From: an uncultured delta proteobacterium
GTDB taxonomy: Bacteria; Desulfobacterota; Syntrophobacteria; BM002
Length of the DNA stretch: 64,000 nt
Assembly: GCA_963712115.1 (NCBI GenBank)
Contig: CAVQGX010000040.1
Span: 11,562-75,561 of the forward strand
Direction of reading: 5' to 3'
Positions 62,245 through 64,000 of the stretch are shown here, piece after piece (positions within the stretch are counted from its first letter, which is position 1; every line of letters begins with the position of its first letter). Under the pieces are notes generated by a model. The model ran no database searches. It had not been told where the DNA came from and saw nothing but the letters and a program-made list of their open reading frames with translations. Both the position numbers and the translations under genes were made by a program.

Positions 62245-63913
62245 ATGAAGAGGGAAATTGGTATTGGGGTGATTCTGGCAGTGTTATTCTTACTGATACC
62301 GGCTACACACTCCCGCGCGCAGTCCGGATTGCAGCCTTCATCAGTTCCAGGAATCATGGTTCAAGAGGGTTTTGATGCGGAGATTTTCGTCACTGGATTG
62401 AACCTGCCTGTGCAGTTGGCCATCGAGAGCAATGGTAGCGTTCTGGTCATGGCTGCATCCAATTGCGACTTTTGTCCGGTTGTGAGACTCTCATGCTCAG
62501 GCAACGTAATCGCTTCAAGTGACCCTATTTCTGACCCAGATGGTGTTGTGGTGGATAGCACGGGACGGGTTTTCGTGACTAGCTTGGCATAAGATTATCA
62601 TTGCCAACTCTCTAGATCTGGGTCCAGGTACAGATGAGATTTTTGCCACGGGATTCTCAAACCTAAATGGGATAGCTATTGATAGTGCAGATAGAATCGT
62701 GGTTGTAGAGAATGATGGTCGGATTCGGGAAGTTACTGCCGCTGGTGCGATTGTGGAACCCCTCTTGCCAGTCTGGGTTTTTACGGCAATCCCATCGCAT
62801 TCGATGCCAGCGACCGACTGTTCGCGGGAAGATGGGATGCAATTTATCCCTACGACGACGGTGAACTGTTTAGAATAGATACCCCCGGCTCCCCCATCTC
62901 CATCTCCGACGCTGTCAATGCCGTAGCCATTGCCGTCGGCAGCGGAACCGTCTTCGAAGATTATATTTATTCGGTGGATTTCTACACGCGGAGATCTCCA
63001 TAAGGTGGACGAGGCTACCGGGGACGCCGCGCCGTTCGCTGCGGGTTTTGCTGATCCTGCTGGCCTGGTTTTCGTTGGGACTGATGCCCTTCTGGTTTCG
63101 GAGATGAACTTAGGCCGGATCATAAGGATTTTCCCTGCCCCTGATGATGGACCCGTCGCATCCGATGTAGTTGCTGACCCCAACCTGACGCCGGTTGATG
63201 GAATGCTCACCGTGACAGCTTTTGTGAGCGATATTGATACTGGCAATTCCAACATTGCTTCAGCCGAATACAGTCTGGATGGTGGATGCCTTTGGTATCC
63301 AATGACTGCCAGCGATGGCAGCTTCAATCAACCCAGCGAAGAGGTGACTGCTCCCGTTACCGCACCCTCCACAGCTGGCGTCTACGACCTTTGTGTCAGG
63401 GCCACAGATGAGGTTGGTGACACAGGACCTGAAGAGTGTATTTTCTTAGTTGTATATGACCCCGATGGTGGCTACGTAACTGGTGGCGGTTGGATTGATT
63501 CGCCAGAAGGGGCGTATGTGGATGATCCTTCCCTGACGGGTAAGGCAAACTTCGGCTTCGTTTCAAAATATAAGAAGGGAGCGCATACACCTACGGGAGA
63601 GACTGAATTCCAGTTCAAGGTCGCTGATCTGAATTTTCACTCCGACACCTACGATTGGCTTGTAGTAGCTGGTCCGAAGGCAATGTATAAAGGGACCGGT
63701 ACGATCAACGGAAGTGGTAATTATGGCTTTATGCTTTCTGCCATCGACGAAAAACTTACGCCCAGCACCAACGTAGACCTGTTCCGGATCAAAATCTGGG
63801 ATAAGGATGCTGGCGATGCGATTGTCTACGACAACAACATGGGCGATGCAGAAAACGACGATCCGACCACCGCAATCGGCGGGGGATCGATTGTTATTCA
63901 CAAAGCCAACTAG
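62245..63913 (+). CDS. Secreted protein: NHL/SGL-like beta-propeller + Ig-like + C-terminal GGGW domain (3 frameshifts)
   Basis: RBS aaggag; signal peptide; blades GLNLPVQLAI, DPDGVVVDSTG, NLNGIAIDSAD, FADPAGLVF across frames; C-terminal VYDPDGGYVTGGGWIDSP. Confidence 0.7.
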
Positions 63914-63945
63914 AAACAGAAGAGAAACAAGTCAGGTAACCACGG

Positions 63946-63977
63946 TGGGGCGAGGCATTATGCTGTCGCCCCTTTTT
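63946..63977 (+). terminator. Rho-independent terminator
   Basis: ggggcga...tcgcccc hairpin followed by tttttt. Confidence 0.65.
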
Positions 63978-64000
63978 CGCTTTGGATCAGCATCGCTTGT

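Overview
This 64 kb window is probably from a Desulfobacterota (deltaproteobacterial) genome; that is inferred from gene content, sigma-54 sites and intergenic repeat style. About 20 apparent single-base frameshifts split otherwise intact genes and look like assembly errors. From left to right: (1) a partial ExeA-like ATPase. (2) A dispersed RiPP-like cassette: ABC exporter, nucleotidyltransferase, PqqD/RRE, radical SAM-SPASM enzyme, a 53-aa Cys-rich precursor with a YxxP leader and a C-terminal Ser, an S26 peptidase and an HprK-like kinase. It surrounds a ~2,500-aa secreted gingipain-like (C25) protein that ends in a minimal GGGGGSCFI tail, and is followed by a HEAT-repeat membrane protein and a CPBP protease. 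(3) A ~33 kb Wzy-type exopolysaccharide locus with unusual export proteins: two Wzc kinases extended by an extra TM helix plus SH3b or NTF2-like domains, and a Wza fused to a 7-repeat FG-GAP propeller. (4) A deoxyhypusine-synthase-like gene, an AEC transporter and tRNA-Pro(CGG). (5) An AT-richer regulatory region with decayed FHA and PilZ fragments, a response regulator, two PAS-LuxR regulators and a secreted beta-propeller protein. Sigma-54 motifs precede the tailoring operon, the C25/precursor operon and the EPS operon. Intergenic DNA carries a mosaic of ~7-nt tandem repeats. The best candidate for an undescribed system is a sigma-54-linked RiPP + giant C25 protease + EPS envelope module. 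All family calls come from motif recognition; no database searches were run.
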